Origin: Planctomycetota bacterium
GTDB lineage: Bacteria > Planctomycetota > Phycisphaerae > UBA1845 > Fen-1342
DNA length: 64,000 bases
NCBI GenBank assembly: GCA_043820985.1
Contig: JBDRDH010000032.1
Location: forward strand, 4,480-68,479
Reading direction: 5' to 3'
Shown: positions 51,784 through 61,802 of the stretch, in pieces
How the letters are laid out: each line of letters opens with the position of its first letter
Numbering within the stretch: the first letter of the stretch is position 1
Program-made: the position numbers and the translations under genes
The notes under the pieces: model-generated
Database searches by the model: none
Told to the model about the DNA's origin: nothing
What the model saw: only the letters and a program-made list of their open reading frames with translations

Positions 51784-52327
51784 CCGGCTGGGGTCCTATT
51801 GCTGCAAACCTATCAGGGTCAACAAATTATGTTAGCTCGGCGGGGAGTTTGATGCAAGCGCTGGGTGGCAAGATGGCAATCAATTATGATTATACGGAGT
51901 TCTTTTAGGCTGGCGTTCGGCCGACGATAAGTCTATACTTCGGGCGTGTACGTAGTATGTTGTGGCGCCGATGGTTGCGAGAATCTCCTCGACTGACTGG
52001 CCCGGGAAGGCCAGGGTTGACGGTTTCGGTGCTTGACGGGAACGATAAAGGATGTTGTGCGAGCGTATGTTCGTGTTGCTTTTTTGGAATTCGACCGTGT
52101 CACTAGCCCACGAACTTTGATCATAAAGGTTATATTTTCATCTAATATTCAGCTCGGGCTAATCTTTCACATCCCGTTACAGCTTCCACCCCGTTGACCT
52201 GTCGGGTCGCCTGAACAGCCGATATATGTCCAGGGCCGATATCTCCGAGTGCAGTGGCCATCGAGCGTGAACCAGGGGTACGATCTTGGATTGACCCCGT
52301 TTACCAGCGAGATGAGTGGATGTACTC

Positions 52328-53950
52328 ATGGCACTCAATGAATATGCACTCTTGGCAGTCAATACCGGTACGGCCGCGTTCCTTGCGATCGTGGCGGTGG
52401 TGGTTGGTGGCGTGGCTACCTGGGCATATGAGCGTTACCGCGCCCAACGGGCCAGCGCCAGCCGGCAGGCCGAAGCTGATCGGAAGCTGAACGAAGCCAA
52501 ACAGCGCGCCTCGGAGATAGTGAAAGCCGCTGAAGTGGAATCTCAGCGGAAATATCTCGAAACGAAGGAGCGGTTTGAACAGGAAACCGCTGAAACGCGC
52601 AGTGAGTTGAAATCCGCCGAGCGTCGGTTAACCAAGCGCGAGGACGGGCTGGACAAGAAACTGGACGTTCTAAGCACCAAGGAGCGGAAGATTGAGGTCT
52701 CCGAGCAGCGGGTAGCGTCTCGGGAAACTCAACTCAACGAGAAAACCGCCCAGGTTGATGAGCTAATAACGAAGCAACAGTCTGAATTGTTGCGCATCTC
52801 GCGTTTAAGTCTCGAGCAAGCCAAGCAGTTGTGCCTGAAGCGCATTGAGCAGGAGGTTGAGCGGGACGCCGGCGAGATCGTGGATCGCATCATCACCCAC
52901 GCCGAAGAGAACGCACGCGAAAAGGCGCGTTACATCACGATCACCGCGATTCAGCGCTACGCGGCCGAGCATACGTGCGAGACAGTCGTCGCGACGATAG
53001 ATGTTGCCTCGGATGACATGAAAGGCCGCATTATCGGTCGTGAAGGTCGCAACATCCGGGCTTTCGAAAAAGCCACGGGGGCTACGGTTATCGTGGATGA
53101 CACCCCTGGAATTGTGAGCGTTTCGTGCTTCGATCCGGTCAGAAAAGAAATTGCCCGGCGGTCTCTGGATCGGCTGATCAAGGATGGGCGCATTCATCCC
53201 ACGCGAATCGAGGAAATCGTGACCGAGGTTGGCACGGAAGTTGAGGAACTGATTCTGGAAGCTGGCAAGCAAGCGGCCGCCGAGACGGATGTGCGCGGCC
53301 TGCACAAGAAGACGATCGAAACGTTGGGACGCTTGCAGTACCGCACCAGCTATGGTCAGAACGTGCTGCGGCACAGCGTGGAAGTGGCGTTCATCTGCGG
53401 CATGATGGCCGATGAGCTGGGGCTGGACGGCGCCCTGGCGCGGCGCTGTGCCCTGTTACACGACATCGGGAAGGCGCTCGATCACGAGCACGAGGGTGCC
53501 CACACGAAGACCGGGTATGAGTTTGTGCGGCGATTCAATGAGCCGCCGGCCGTGCTGAATGCCATTCAGGGTCACCACGGTGATGTGCCCGCGACGCATC
53601 CGTATACGCCGCTGGTAGCCGCGGCGGACGCGATCAGTGCCGCGCGGCCGGGGGGTCGGCGTGAGTCACTGGAGCGTTACATCAAACGGTTGCAGGATCT
53701 GGAGCGGATCGCGACCGCGTTCCCGGGCGTGGATCTGGCGTATGCCATCGAAGCCGGCCGTGAAGTGCGCGTGATTGTGGATGCTTCGAGTGTTGACGAT
53801 CAACTGGCGTTGAAGTTGGCGCGGGAGGTGGCGAACAAGATTGAAGAAGAAATGGTTACCTTCCCCGGGGAAATCAAGGTGACCGTACTGCGTGAAGTGC
53901 GGGCCACCGAATATGCCATTAGTGGCAAACATCGCGGTAACGGTAATTAA
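52328..53950 (+). CDS. rny: ribonuclease Y
   Basis: N-terminal TM, a coiled coil, a KH domain (GRIIGREGRNIRAFE) and an HD domain (LLHDIGKA). ATG at 52328 is preferred over GTG at 52316. Confidence 0.9.
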   Translation: MALNEYALLAVNTGTAAFLAIVAVVVGGVATWAYERYRAQRASASRQAEADRKLNEAKQRASEIVKAAEVESQRKYLETKERFEQETAETRSELKSAERRLTKREDGLDKKLDVLSTKERKIEVSEQRVASRETQLNEKTAQVDELITKQQSELLRISRLSLEQAKQLCLKRIEQEVERDAGEIVDRIITHAEENAREKARYITITAIQRYAAEHTCETVVATIDVASDDMKGRIIGREGRNIRAFEKATGATVIVDDTPGIVSVSCFDPVRKEIARRSLDRLIKDGRIHPTRIEEIVTEVGTEVEELILEAGKQAAAETDVRGLHKKTIETLGRLQYRTSYGQNVLRHSVEVAFICGMMADELGLDGALARRCALLHDIGKALDHEHEGAHTKTGYEFVRRFNEPPAVLNAIQGHHGDVPATHPYTPLVAAADAISAARPGGRRESLERYIKRLQDLERIATAFPGVDLAYAIEAGREVRVIVDASSVDDQLALKLAREVANKIEEEMVTFPGEIKVTVLREVRATEYAISGKHRGNGN

Positions 53951-53962
53951 GCTTGGCGCCAA

Positions 53963-55093
53963 TTAACGTGCGGTGGCGGCGCGCGCTTCGAGGCGCGGTA
54001 ACTGGGCACGCAAGGCTTCGGCCTGGGGGGAGTTGGGGTAGCGCTCGATCATTTCGCGGGCCAGGATGAGGGCTTCATTATATTGGTGGCTCTTGGTCAA
54101 TTCGCGGTATTCGGTCTCCATCTGCTGACGGGCCTGGATCTGGGCGTTCTCGGTGAGAGTCGGCATCTGCTGGCGCAGGGCTTCGGCCTCGGATGAGCCG
54201 GAGTATTGCCGAATGAGCGTGTTGGCCAGACCGAGGGCCCGGTTGTAGTCCTTGGTGTTCACGGCTTCCTGGGCCTGGGCCATTAAGCGGGCGCGCTGCT
54301 CGGCGTTGGCTTTTTCGTGTTGGATAGTAGTACGCCGCACCAACTCCTGGACCTTGGTGGAGTTGGGGTGCCGTTCCTGCAATTCATGCAAGACGCTCAT
54401 GGCGCGGTCCCAGGCCTCGAGGGCGATCAGGTCGGAGATCTGGCGGGCGGTGTTTTCGGTGTCGCGTGCTTCGACGCTGGTGCGCATGGCCTCGATGCGT
54501 TTTTCAAGTTCGGTCCATTCGCTGAAATTGGGGAAGCGTTCACGAGCGTGTTGTACCAGGCGCCGGGCGTCGACCCACTTATGTTCGTTCAGCAGGGCGG
54601 GGATGCGCTGCTGTAGCTGGCGGACCAGGGTCTGGCCCTGGGCTTGGAGGCGCGCGGCGCGTTCCGGTTCACTGAGCAGGGCGATGTCGCGGACCTCGTG
54701 CGTGAGTCTGACCAGTTCTTTCATGGCGCTGATCATTTCATTCGGGGCTTCGAGGGTAGCTGGCGCGTGTACCGGCAGGCCGTAAACAGTGCTGTCGCCG
54801 GAGACCGAGGAGCGCGAATCGCGCAGGACCTCAAGCAGACTATCCAGTCGGCGCAGAACTTCAGCCGTTCCCCACAGCAGCAGTCCGAGGGCAGCGCCGC
54901 CGAAGAGCAAGGCAGTGGTTTGAAAAAAGCCGGCAACCGAGAATTTCTCGGCATGGCTCAGCTCGGCATAGCGGGCGATGGCCCAGATCAGGGTTACCGC
55001 GGCGAGCAGGGCGCCGCCGATCGCCAGGGCGACCGCAACCGCACGCGTTTTGTTGATAACGATGGGCCGGTTGTTCTCTTCCATATCGATCAT
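53963..55093 (-). CDS. membrane-anchored TPR-like repeat protein
   Basis: Two N-terminal TM helices, then about five repeats of roughly 45 aa ending in E(R/Q)(Y/F/H)P(N/G)S...A..L (e.g. ERYPNSPQAEALRAQL). Confidence 0.65.
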   Translation of the reverse strand: MIDMEENNRPIVINKTRAVAVALAIGGALLAAVTLIWAIARYAELSHAEKFSVAGFFQTTALLFGGAALGLLLWGTAEVLRRLDSLLEVLRDSRSSVSGDSTVYGLPVHAPATLEAPNEMISAMKELVRLTHEVRDIALLSEPERAARLQAQGQTLVRQLQQRIPALLNEHKWVDARRLVQHARERFPNFSEWTELEKRIEAMRTSVEARDTENTARQISDLIALEAWDRAMSVLHELQERHPNSTKVQELVRRTTIQHEKANAEQRARLMAQAQEAVNTKDYNRALGLANTLIRQYSGSSEAEALRQQMPTLTENAQIQARQQMETEYRELTKSHQYNEALILAREMIERYPNSPQAEALRAQLPRLEARAATAR

Positions 55094-55153
55094 CGCTGGT
55101 GAACTCCGTTTACAGCCAGCGACATTATTTGCGGTCGGCTGGATTGCGGCAAG

Positions 55154-56254
55154 CTACATGGCGTCAAGAAGATTGCCCTGGCGGTCATCGCGGGAGGAGG
55201 CGCGGCGGGATTTGTAGCGGACGACCTTGCGATCGTAGCGTTTACCCTCGGATTTAACATGGTTGCGTGCTACGAAGGGGACGTCGTTGGGAAGTTTGGG
55301 TAATTGTTTGGTTTCGGCCATATGTTGGAATTGCAGGCGCAGATCGGCCAGGCTGTAATCCGCCCCGGCGCGGGCCTTTAATGAGCCGACGATGACCCGC
55401 AGGGCCACCTCGTTGGGTAGCAGGTTGTCAATTGTGACCTTGGTTTCACGGTAAAGTTGCGCGAGCATTTCGGTGTGCAGCGTGGGCCAGGCGGTGGGAT
55501 TGGCCGGTCGCCGGGACTCGTCGGACAAGGCCGCGAGCCTTTTTTCAGTGTGCCGAGCGTACTCGTCGGAAATATCAATACCAATATAACAGCGGCCGAG
55601 GCGCTTGGCGGCGACGGCGGTGGTTCCGCTGCCAATGAATGGATCGAGGACGATCTCGCCGGGATTGCTGCTGGCGGCGACGATGCGCATCAGCAAGGCC
55701 TCCGGCATCTGGCAGCCGTGGAATCCGGCACGTTCCTTGAAAGTGCCGCAGACGCGGGTGAATTCGTCCCAGACGTCATCCGGCAGCCGGCCGGCGGGAT
55801 TAGCCCGCAGGTCCTGATATTCCGTGTGGCGGGCGCTGGGAAAACGCAGTTGCCGGTCGTTGAACGTAAAAACTTTCGAATCCATGGTGAAATAGAAGAT
55901 ATGCGTGTGCGCGCGGCAGAATTTGGTGCGGGTATTCTGGCCGAAAGTGTAGTGCCAGATAATCCAGTTGCGCAGGTGCAAGCCCAGCTCACGTCCGATG
56001 ATGCGGATGTCGGCGGCGAACTCGTCGCCGATGGCTATGTAAAATGAGCCGGTCGGCCTTAGTACGCGCTGACAAGCGGCCATCCACTGGCGCGACCAGG
56101 CGACGTATTCGTCGTTGGGCACATCGTCGTGGTACTTGTCGTAGACGTAGCCGATGTTGAAAGGCGGATCGGCAAAGACGAGATCGACACTGTTAGTCGG
56201 CCAACTGTCCAACAGCTTGCAGGCATCGCCACAATATATTGTATTATCTTCCAT
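55154..56254 (-). CDS. beta-class DNA methyltransferase (N6-adenine/N4-cytosine type), orphan
   Basis: Motif IV DLVFADPPFNIGY lies N-terminal to motif I VLDPFIGSGTTAVAAKRLGR, which is the beta permutation. There is a C-terminal extension of about 90 aa and no nuclease gene adjacent. Confidence 0.85.
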   Translation of the reverse strand: MEDNTIYCGDACKLLDSWPTNSVDLVFADPPFNIGYVYDKYHDDVPNDEYVAWSRQWMAACQRVLRPTGSFYIAIGDEFAADIRIIGRELGLHLRNWIIWHYTFGQNTRTKFCRAHTHIFYFTMDSKVFTFNDRQLRFPSARHTEYQDLRANPAGRLPDDVWDEFTRVCGTFKERAGFHGCQMPEALLMRIVAASSNPGEIVLDPFIGSGTTAVAAKRLGRCYIGIDISDEYARHTEKRLAALSDESRRPANPTAWPTLHTEMLAQLYRETKVTIDNLLPNEVALRVIVGSLKARAGADYSLADLRLQFQHMAETKQLPKLPNDVPFVARNHVKSEGKRYDRKVVRYKSRRASSRDDRQGNLLDAM

Positions 56255-56448
56255 TGCTGCTACTCCATGGTGTGTATTGTACCATGCGATGGATCCTGGC
56301 GCGAGTGCAAAGTTCAGAAACTGGCTGGCAGACTTCCAGTATCCTAGAGGCCAAATTGATCGGTTCCGTAATCGTCCGTTGCCTCGGCAGGACGGACTTT
56401 CTGATAAGCCGCGGCTCGGCGGGAGCCTCGCCCTCCCTAGACGCCGGA

Positions 56449-56943
56449 TCAGATCTGTAACCGCTCTAGTTCCTGGCGGAGGGTGTTGATGCGGCGCCAG
56501 TGGGTGCCCTGCCAGAAGACATGCTCACAAGCCTGGCAGCGGAAGAAATCCCTGACCCAGACGAGGCTGCGGGCGGGGACCACGTCGCTGACCTCGGCGC
56601 GGGATACAGGCAGTAGCTTACCATTACAGAGGCTGCAACGGGGTGGTCCCAACGGCAGAGCCAGATGCTGGCCGACATACAGGACTTGCGCGCGGAGGCG
56701 CAGGCCGACTGGCAGCCGTAAGCCACGCAACTCGCCGGTGGTGAACAGTCGGCGCTCGAAGAGTTTGCCATCGGATGAGATGACGATGCGGTCCTCGGCG
56801 AGGGCCTGCTGGACCAGCGTGCCGTCATCAATGCCGGGGGTATAGCTGGTGTCGACGCCCAGCACGCGCAGCCAGCGGGCAAGCCCGCCGCCCATGGCGT
56901 CGCAGGCGATTGTGAGAGGCAGGTTTTTGGCCGTTGAATTCAC
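56449..56943 (-). CDS. Mut7-C (PIN-like) RNase domain protein
   Basis: CDAMGGGLARWLRVLGVD N-terminal motif and C-terminal zinc ribbon CSLCNGKL...FFRCQACEHVFWQGTHW. An in-frame GTG at 56943 was chosen because the longer ORF overlaps the PH-domain gene. Confidence 0.8.
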   Translation of the reverse strand: MNSTAKNLPLTIACDAMGGGLARWLRVLGVDTSYTPGIDDGTLVQQALAEDRIVISSDGKLFERRLFTTGELRGLRLPVGLRLRAQVLYVGQHLALPLGPPRCSLCNGKLLPVSRAEVSDVVPARSLVWVRDFFRCQACEHVFWQGTHWRRINTLRQELERLQI

Positions 56944-56996
56944 CGGATTATTCTGTGTCAGGCGGTTAGGCTTGAGTATCTGTAGACCGCCGCTTA

Positions 56997-57575
56997 TCAA
57001 CAAGAGCCTGAGCGGGCTTTTTTGATGGCGCGGGTGAGGATTTCGTGCACTTCGTGGGGTCGGGATATGTGTTCCCAGACGATGTTGGGATCGGTGGCGG
57101 AGAGCGGCTTCATATGAATTGAAGCGAGGCGCAGCGGGGGTTGGAACCAGGTCGTGTGGAGTTGGGCGGCGTGGATATTGGTCAAGGGTTGTTGCAGGAC
57201 ATCCACGCTGAACATGCCTTGGAAACTCAGCACGCGCCGGTTGGTCAGCACGTAGAGCTGGCTGGCCCATTGGAGGGTAGCGGCACCGACGACGAAAAGC
57301 GCGAAGATGATAATGGTCAACAGGGTTATGGATGTAAACAGGGATGGTTGTCCGCGGGTGGCCCACATGAGGGCGGTGGTCATCAGCACCATGGTGATCA
57401 GGAGCTTGTGTGAGTAAAGCAGGATACACCAGGGCGATGGTTTGATGGAGAGCTGGATGACTTCGCCGCCGTCGAGTAACTCGAGGCTGGCGGCGGCTTT
57501 TTTTGTGGCCGAGGAGACGGAGGGTACCTCGGCGACAGCCGTGGTGAAGGGATCTGCTGGCGCTTGGATGGTCAT
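56997..57575 (-). CDS. bacterial PH-domain (YdbS/YdbT-like) membrane protein
   Basis: Two TM helices followed by LYVLTNRRVLSFQG. The ATG overlaps the hpt stop (ATGA). Confidence 0.7.
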   Translation of the reverse strand: MTIQAPADPFTTAVAEVPSVSSATKKAAASLELLDGGEVIQLSIKPSPWCILLYSHKLLITMVLMTTALMWATRGQPSLFTSITLLTIIIFALFVVGAATLQWASQLYVLTNRRVLSFQGMFSVDVLQQPLTNIHAAQLHTTWFQPPLRLASIHMKPLSATDPNIVWEHISRPHEVHEILTRAIKKARSGSC

Positions 57576-58114
57576 GGCATCAGATCCGGACGCAGCACCC
57601 CGATATGGGGGAAGTTCCGATAATGGTCACCGTAATCCAGACCATACCCTACTACAAATAGATCATCGACATCGAAGCCAATAAAGTCAACGGAAACATC
57701 GGCGGGAGCTTTACTTGGTTTGCGCAGCAGGACCACGGCACGGACGCTGGCGGGTTCATGTCTGGCCACCATTTCCTTGACCCGACGCAGCGTGCGGCCG
57801 CTGTCCAGGATGTCGTCGACGATCAGCACATTTCGCCCGCGCACGTCGCCTGACAGGTGCATCAGCGTCTGGGGTTCCTGGGCAGTGACGGTTTGCCCGG
57901 GATACGCGGACACTTGCACGAGCGCGATCTTCATTTTGAGTGGCAACTCACGGATCAGGTCGGCGAGGAAGATGATGGAGCCGGACAGGATTGGCACCAG
58001 AGTCAGTCCGCGGTCATCATCGTTGTAAGTGGCGGCAATCTCTTTACCCATGGCGCGTACACGAGCATGAATCTCGTTGCTTTTGATCAATATTTTGGCG
58101 ATATCCGCTTGCAT
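57572..58114 (-). CDS. hpt: hypoxanthine phosphoribosyltransferase
   Basis: PRPP-binding motif VLIVDDILDSGRTL. ATG at 58114 (MQADIAKILI) is preferred over the ORF start at 58165. Confidence 0.9.
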   Translation of the reverse strand: MQADIAKILIKSNEIHARVRAMGKEIAATYNDDDRGLTLVPILSGSIIFLADLIRELPLKMKIALVQVSAYPGQTVTAQEPQTLMHLSGDVRGRNVLIVDDILDSGRTLRRVKEMVARHEPASVRAVVLLRKPSKAPADVSVDFIGFDVDDLFVVGYGLDYGDHYRNFPHIGVLRPDLMP

Positions 58115-58176
58115 GTTTCCCGGCTGTTCATGTGTAGTTGGTGGCGGGACATGGTTCCTTTCCAAAGCCCGACGGC

Positions 58177-58938
58177 CTAGACCGAAGACTGATTTTCCGA
58201 ACGGTTGATGCTGGGGGTTTGGTTGTCGGAATTAATGGCAGCGTGTTCCAAGGCCGCCAGCGGGTCGGGTTCCGTGAGGTCGCGCGTCAGAGCCAGCATG
58301 AAGGCCTCGACGGCCGCCAGTCGTTCGCGGGCCAGTTGCCGGGTGGAATTGAAACGGAGACCGTCGTTGATGCGGACCTCCCAATAGTGGTATTCCTGTT
58401 GGCGTTCCCAAGTAGCAATGAGCTGTTTAATCGGCCGGCTTTCAGCCTGATATTGACGGAATTGGCGCAGGACGTGGATGACGCCGAAATCGTCGAGGCC
58501 TTCGGCTTCGGCTAGTAATTGAGCCTCGACAAGTGCCGTACCGCGGTCGTTACATTGGCGGATGGCTTCGCTGGCCAGACGGATGGTCTTGGGGGAAAGC
58601 AGGTGGGCGGCGTATTCCTGTAGCAAGGCTGCTCCGAGTTCGCGCTGAATGTCGTTGGTGGGGCGCGTGAGCACTTGCCAGCGGTTCAGGCTACCTTGTT
58701 GGATCTGGGTGATCCAGCCGGCGCAATGAAACAAAGCCGCCGTTCCGATAGCGAGACGATCGGCGGTCAGATTGGTGACTTCCGGAAGTTCGGTCACAAC
58801 CTGTGTGAGATTAAAAACGCGCGCGGCGCGTTCCCAGAGCCAGGCATCATGGTGCTCGTCATCGATCTTGATGGTCAAGAGTTGTCTGGCGACCGGGATG
58901 ACCCGCGTGAGCTGCTGCACTCGTGCTCTCCGTCGCAC
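58177..58938 (-). CDS. hypothetical protein
   Basis: 253-aa ORF co-oriented with hpt. No motif that I can assign. Confidence 0.5.
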   Translation of the reverse strand: MRRRARVQQLTRVIPVARQLLTIKIDDEHHDAWLWERAARVFNLTQVVTELPEVTNLTADRLAIGTAALFHCAGWITQIQQGSLNRWQVLTRPTNDIQRELGAALLQEYAAHLLSPKTIRLASEAIRQCNDRGTALVEAQLLAEAEGLDDFGVIHVLRQFRQYQAESRPIKQLIATWERQQEYHYWEVRINDGLRFNSTRQLARERLAAVEAFMLALTRDLTEPDPLAALEHAAINSDNQTPSINRSENQSSV

Positions 58939-59285
58939 CCTTCGAATACCGTGATGAGTCTACGCCGATGGGTTGGCCAGTTATCGGGGCAAGCAGAATC
59001 TCAGTTTTGGCCACCCATAACCAGCAGTCTAGTGAGGCAGCGGTTATCAAGCAAGCCGGGATGCCGGAACCGGTTACGGAGCAGTTACCAGAGCATGTTG
59101 CCAACAAGTGTTCTGTAGATTAACGAGCCGGGTTTGCCACGGCTCCAAGTTGTGCCGGGGTCACCACTTCACGACGGCGGGCAGTGGCTGAATAGTCCTG
59201 AATCCGGGGAGTAATGTTCAGATACGAATGGTCCGAAAGAATACAGGGGCGTCGCTGAGATTGGCGTTCAGTAAAGGGTGAACAC

Positions 59286-60209
59286 ATGTCGACCACAGGC
59301 AGTTTTACTGGCACTTCTCAATCTCCAGGGCTGGCCACGCAGTCGGGCAAGGTATTACCACCACACCTGCAGAAGGCCATGTCGCGGGTTACGGAGATTA
59401 ATTCGTTACCAGAGATCACGATTAAGATTGTGGAAGTGGTGGAAGATCCGCGGGCGTCAGCGCAGGATATGCACGAGATTGTCAAGAATGATCCGGCCCT
59501 GGCGACCAAGATACTGAAGGTGGTGAACTCGGCTTTCTATGGTTTGCCGTCACAGATTGGCAGTCTGGACCGTGCAATCATCATGCTCGGTCTCAGTGCG
59601 GTAAAGAACATTGCCTTGGCGGCCTCACTGTCGCGGCTGTTCAAAGGGGAGGCCATTTCCGACCGCTTTGGGGCGCGCGATTTGTGGCAACACTGTGTGG
59701 CGGTGGGAGTGTGCGCGCGGACGCTGGCACGGCGGGCCCGGATTGCCGAGGCCGAGGAATACTTTGTAGCTGGCCTGGTCCACGACATGGGTTTACTGGT
59801 AATTGGTCAATTATCCGCGGATAACTTCAAGCGTGTCGCGGATCGTTGCTATTCAACCCCGCAGGATTATTGTGCGGCGGAGTTGGAACTGATCGGTGCC
59901 GATCATCAGGTGTTTGGGGCGACCTTGGCCAGCAAATGGAAATTCCCGCCGGCATTGCGTCATGCCATCAGTTATCACCATGAACCGGGAGTGCTGCAAC
60001 CAGAATCTCGCAAGGTCGCCACGGTGACATTCGTCGCCGACACGATCTGTGCCGACATGCAACATGGATATTACTTGACAGCTCAGACCCAGGAAGTCTC
60101 CGAGGACATGTTGAGCCTGATTGGGCTTGATGCTGTAGCCATTGATGAAATCCGCGCGCAATTACCCGAGCAGTTTGCCGAGGCGGAACAGATCTTTGGC
60201 GATTTGTAA
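59286..60209 (+). CDS. HDOD-domain signalling protein
   Basis: LPEITIKIVEVVEDPRASAQDMHEIVKNDPALATKILKVVNSAFYGL and HDMGLLV, typical of HDOD domains. Confidence 0.85.
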   Translation: MSTTGSFTGTSQSPGLATQSGKVLPPHLQKAMSRVTEINSLPEITIKIVEVVEDPRASAQDMHEIVKNDPALATKILKVVNSAFYGLPSQIGSLDRAIIMLGLSAVKNIALAASLSRLFKGEAISDRFGARDLWQHCVAVGVCARTLARRARIAEAEEYFVAGLVHDMGLLVIGQLSADNFKRVADRCYSTPQDYCAAELELIGADHQVFGATLASKWKFPPALRHAISYHHEPGVLQPESRKVATVTFVADTICADMQHGYYLTAQTQEVSEDMLSLIGLDAVAIDEIRAQLPEQFAEAEQIFGDL

Positions 60210-60327
60210 ACCAGCCCGATAACGTGCTGGCGACAACCATCATTGTGTAAACCGGCAGAAGGTTCTAACGGCAGCTTCGGCGTGTTGGGTGCTGATTGCT
60301 GTCCATCTTTGTTAGTTAGAGACACAA

Positions 60328-60888
60328 TTAATCGTCATCTTCGTGTCGATCTTCATCCTCGGCGGGTTCTTTGTGCTCTTTCAGGTACTTGCCGATAGTC
60401 TTGACCGTGGCTTCGGCCATGGCGGCGGATCCGCCGGTGCGGAAGGCTTTACTTTCGACACGGACGATAGCGTCGGCGACCTGGCGTCCGCTGTCGTTGA
60501 ACCTGACGCGGGTGAGGCATTCGGCGCCGCTCATGATGCCCTTGCTTTGAAAGTACAGGATGTCGGCGGAGATGGTCAGGGCAGGAGAACCGCCCGGATA
60601 ATACTCGACCAGGTTCTCGACCTGTTCCCGGGCGCACTGGTCGTAGGTAGTGCGCAGGTCGGGCGGGCAGAGTGTGGAGCCAATGGTGGTGGTAGCGGGA
60701 TTGAAGCTCACCGAGTTATACCGGGCAAACTCGCTGGAGCCGGGTTCCTGGATGAACATGAGTGAACCCTGGGCCCCACGCAATTCGTGGTAAGCCATCT
60801 TGGCGGCAGTGCCGGCACCACAGCCGGTCAGAACGAGCAGGGGAATAATCAGCGACAGGCACGAAGCACGTTTTGTATTGAGCATCAA
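60328..60888 (-). CDS. hypothetical lipoprotein
   Basis: Lipobox LLVLTGC. Acidic C-terminal tail. Confidence 0.6.
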   Translation of the reverse strand: MMLNTKRASCLSLIIPLLVLTGCGAGTAAKMAYHELRGAQGSLMFIQEPGSSEFARYNSVSFNPATTTIGSTLCPPDLRTTYDQCAREQVENLVEYYPGGSPALTISADILYFQSKGIMSGAECLTRVRFNDSGRQVADAIVRVESKAFRTGGSAAMAEATVKTIGKYLKEHKEPAEDEDRHEDDD

Positions 60889-60928
60889 GCACCCCTAAGT
60901 AGTGCCGGGACCGATTAGAGTATTGTCT

Positions 60929-61678
60929 TCAGGACAAGCGCTCCATGTCGGCCGCGGACATTTCGAAATTGGCGTAAACGTTCTGGACGTCGTCGTGTTC
61001 CTCGAGGGCGTCGATCAATCTCATAATCTTATCAGCCTGGTCGCTGGTGAGTGTGATGTTAGCTGAGGCGACCATCGAAATTTCAGCGTTTTCGGGCTTG
61101 ATCTCGGCTTGCTCCAGAGCCTGGCGCAGTTCGCCGAAGGCGACGGGATCACAGGTAAGTTCGAAGGCTTCGTCACCGACCGGCTGGATGTCGTCGGCCC
61201 CGGCTTCCAGCGCCAGGTTGGTCAGCGTTTCCTCGTCGGCCTGTTCACGTGAGACGACGATGATGCCGCGCTGTTTGAACATCCACGAGACGCAGTTGGC
61301 CGCGCCCAGGTTGCCGCCGCGGGTTTCGAAGATTTTCTTGATTTCGGGAGCGGTACGATTGCGATTGTCGGTCAGTGCGCAGCAGAGGATGGCGGCGCCA
61401 CCTGGTCCGTAGCCCTCAAAGACAAGTTCGGTGAAATCGGCGTCGCCCGCGCCGCCGCTGCCCTTCTTGATGGCGCGTTCGATGGTGTCCTTGGGCATGT
61501 TGGCGTCTTTGGCGGCGTCGATCGCGTAGCGGAGTGTCAGGTTCATGTCGGGATCGCCGCCGCCGTTGCGTGCGGCGACGATGACCGCGCGTGACAGCTT
61601 GCTCCAGAGCCGTCCACGGCGCGCGTCGGTGACGGATTTGGCCCGCTTGATTCGTGCCCAGTGGGAGTGTCCTGCCAT
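60929..61678 (-). CDS. yebC: YebC/PmpR-family transcriptional regulator
   Basis: MAGHSHWARIKRAK start (ATG at 61678) and the family-typical GGNLG and FEGYGPGG motifs. Confidence 0.9.
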   Translation of the reverse strand: MAGHSHWARIKRAKSVTDARRGRLWSKLSRAVIVAARNGGGDPDMNLTLRYAIDAAKDANMPKDTIERAIKKGSGGAGDADFTELVFEGYGPGGAAILCCALTDNRNRTAPEIKKIFETRGGNLGAANCVSWMFKQRGIIVVSREQADEETLTNLALEAGADDIQPVGDEAFELTCDPVAFGELRQALEQAEIKPENAEISMVASANITLTSDQADKIMRLIDALEEHDDVQNVYANFEMSAADMERLS

Positions 61679-61802
61679 GCCACAACCTCTCAGAGAAAAG
61701 ACCAGCAACCATTCTAACGGCTTGCGGGCGGGAAGTCAGTAATGCCCGGTTGTCGGCCACATATAATCCGTGCCAAACGGGCGTTTTCCGGGTGAATGGG
61801 AG

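Noticed and set aside
53963-56943. Restriction endonuclease partner for the methyltransferase.
   Set aside because: The neighbours are a TPR-like membrane protein and a Mut7-C RNase. No PD-(D/E)xK or HNH motif is visible in adjacent ORFs.
56944-57429. N-terminal 162-aa extension of the Mut7-C ORF.
   Set aside because: It is Pro/Arg/His-rich and overlaps the PH-domain gene (56997-57575), which has a coherent TM plus PH pattern. The Mut7-C homology starts right after the in-frame GTG at 56943.
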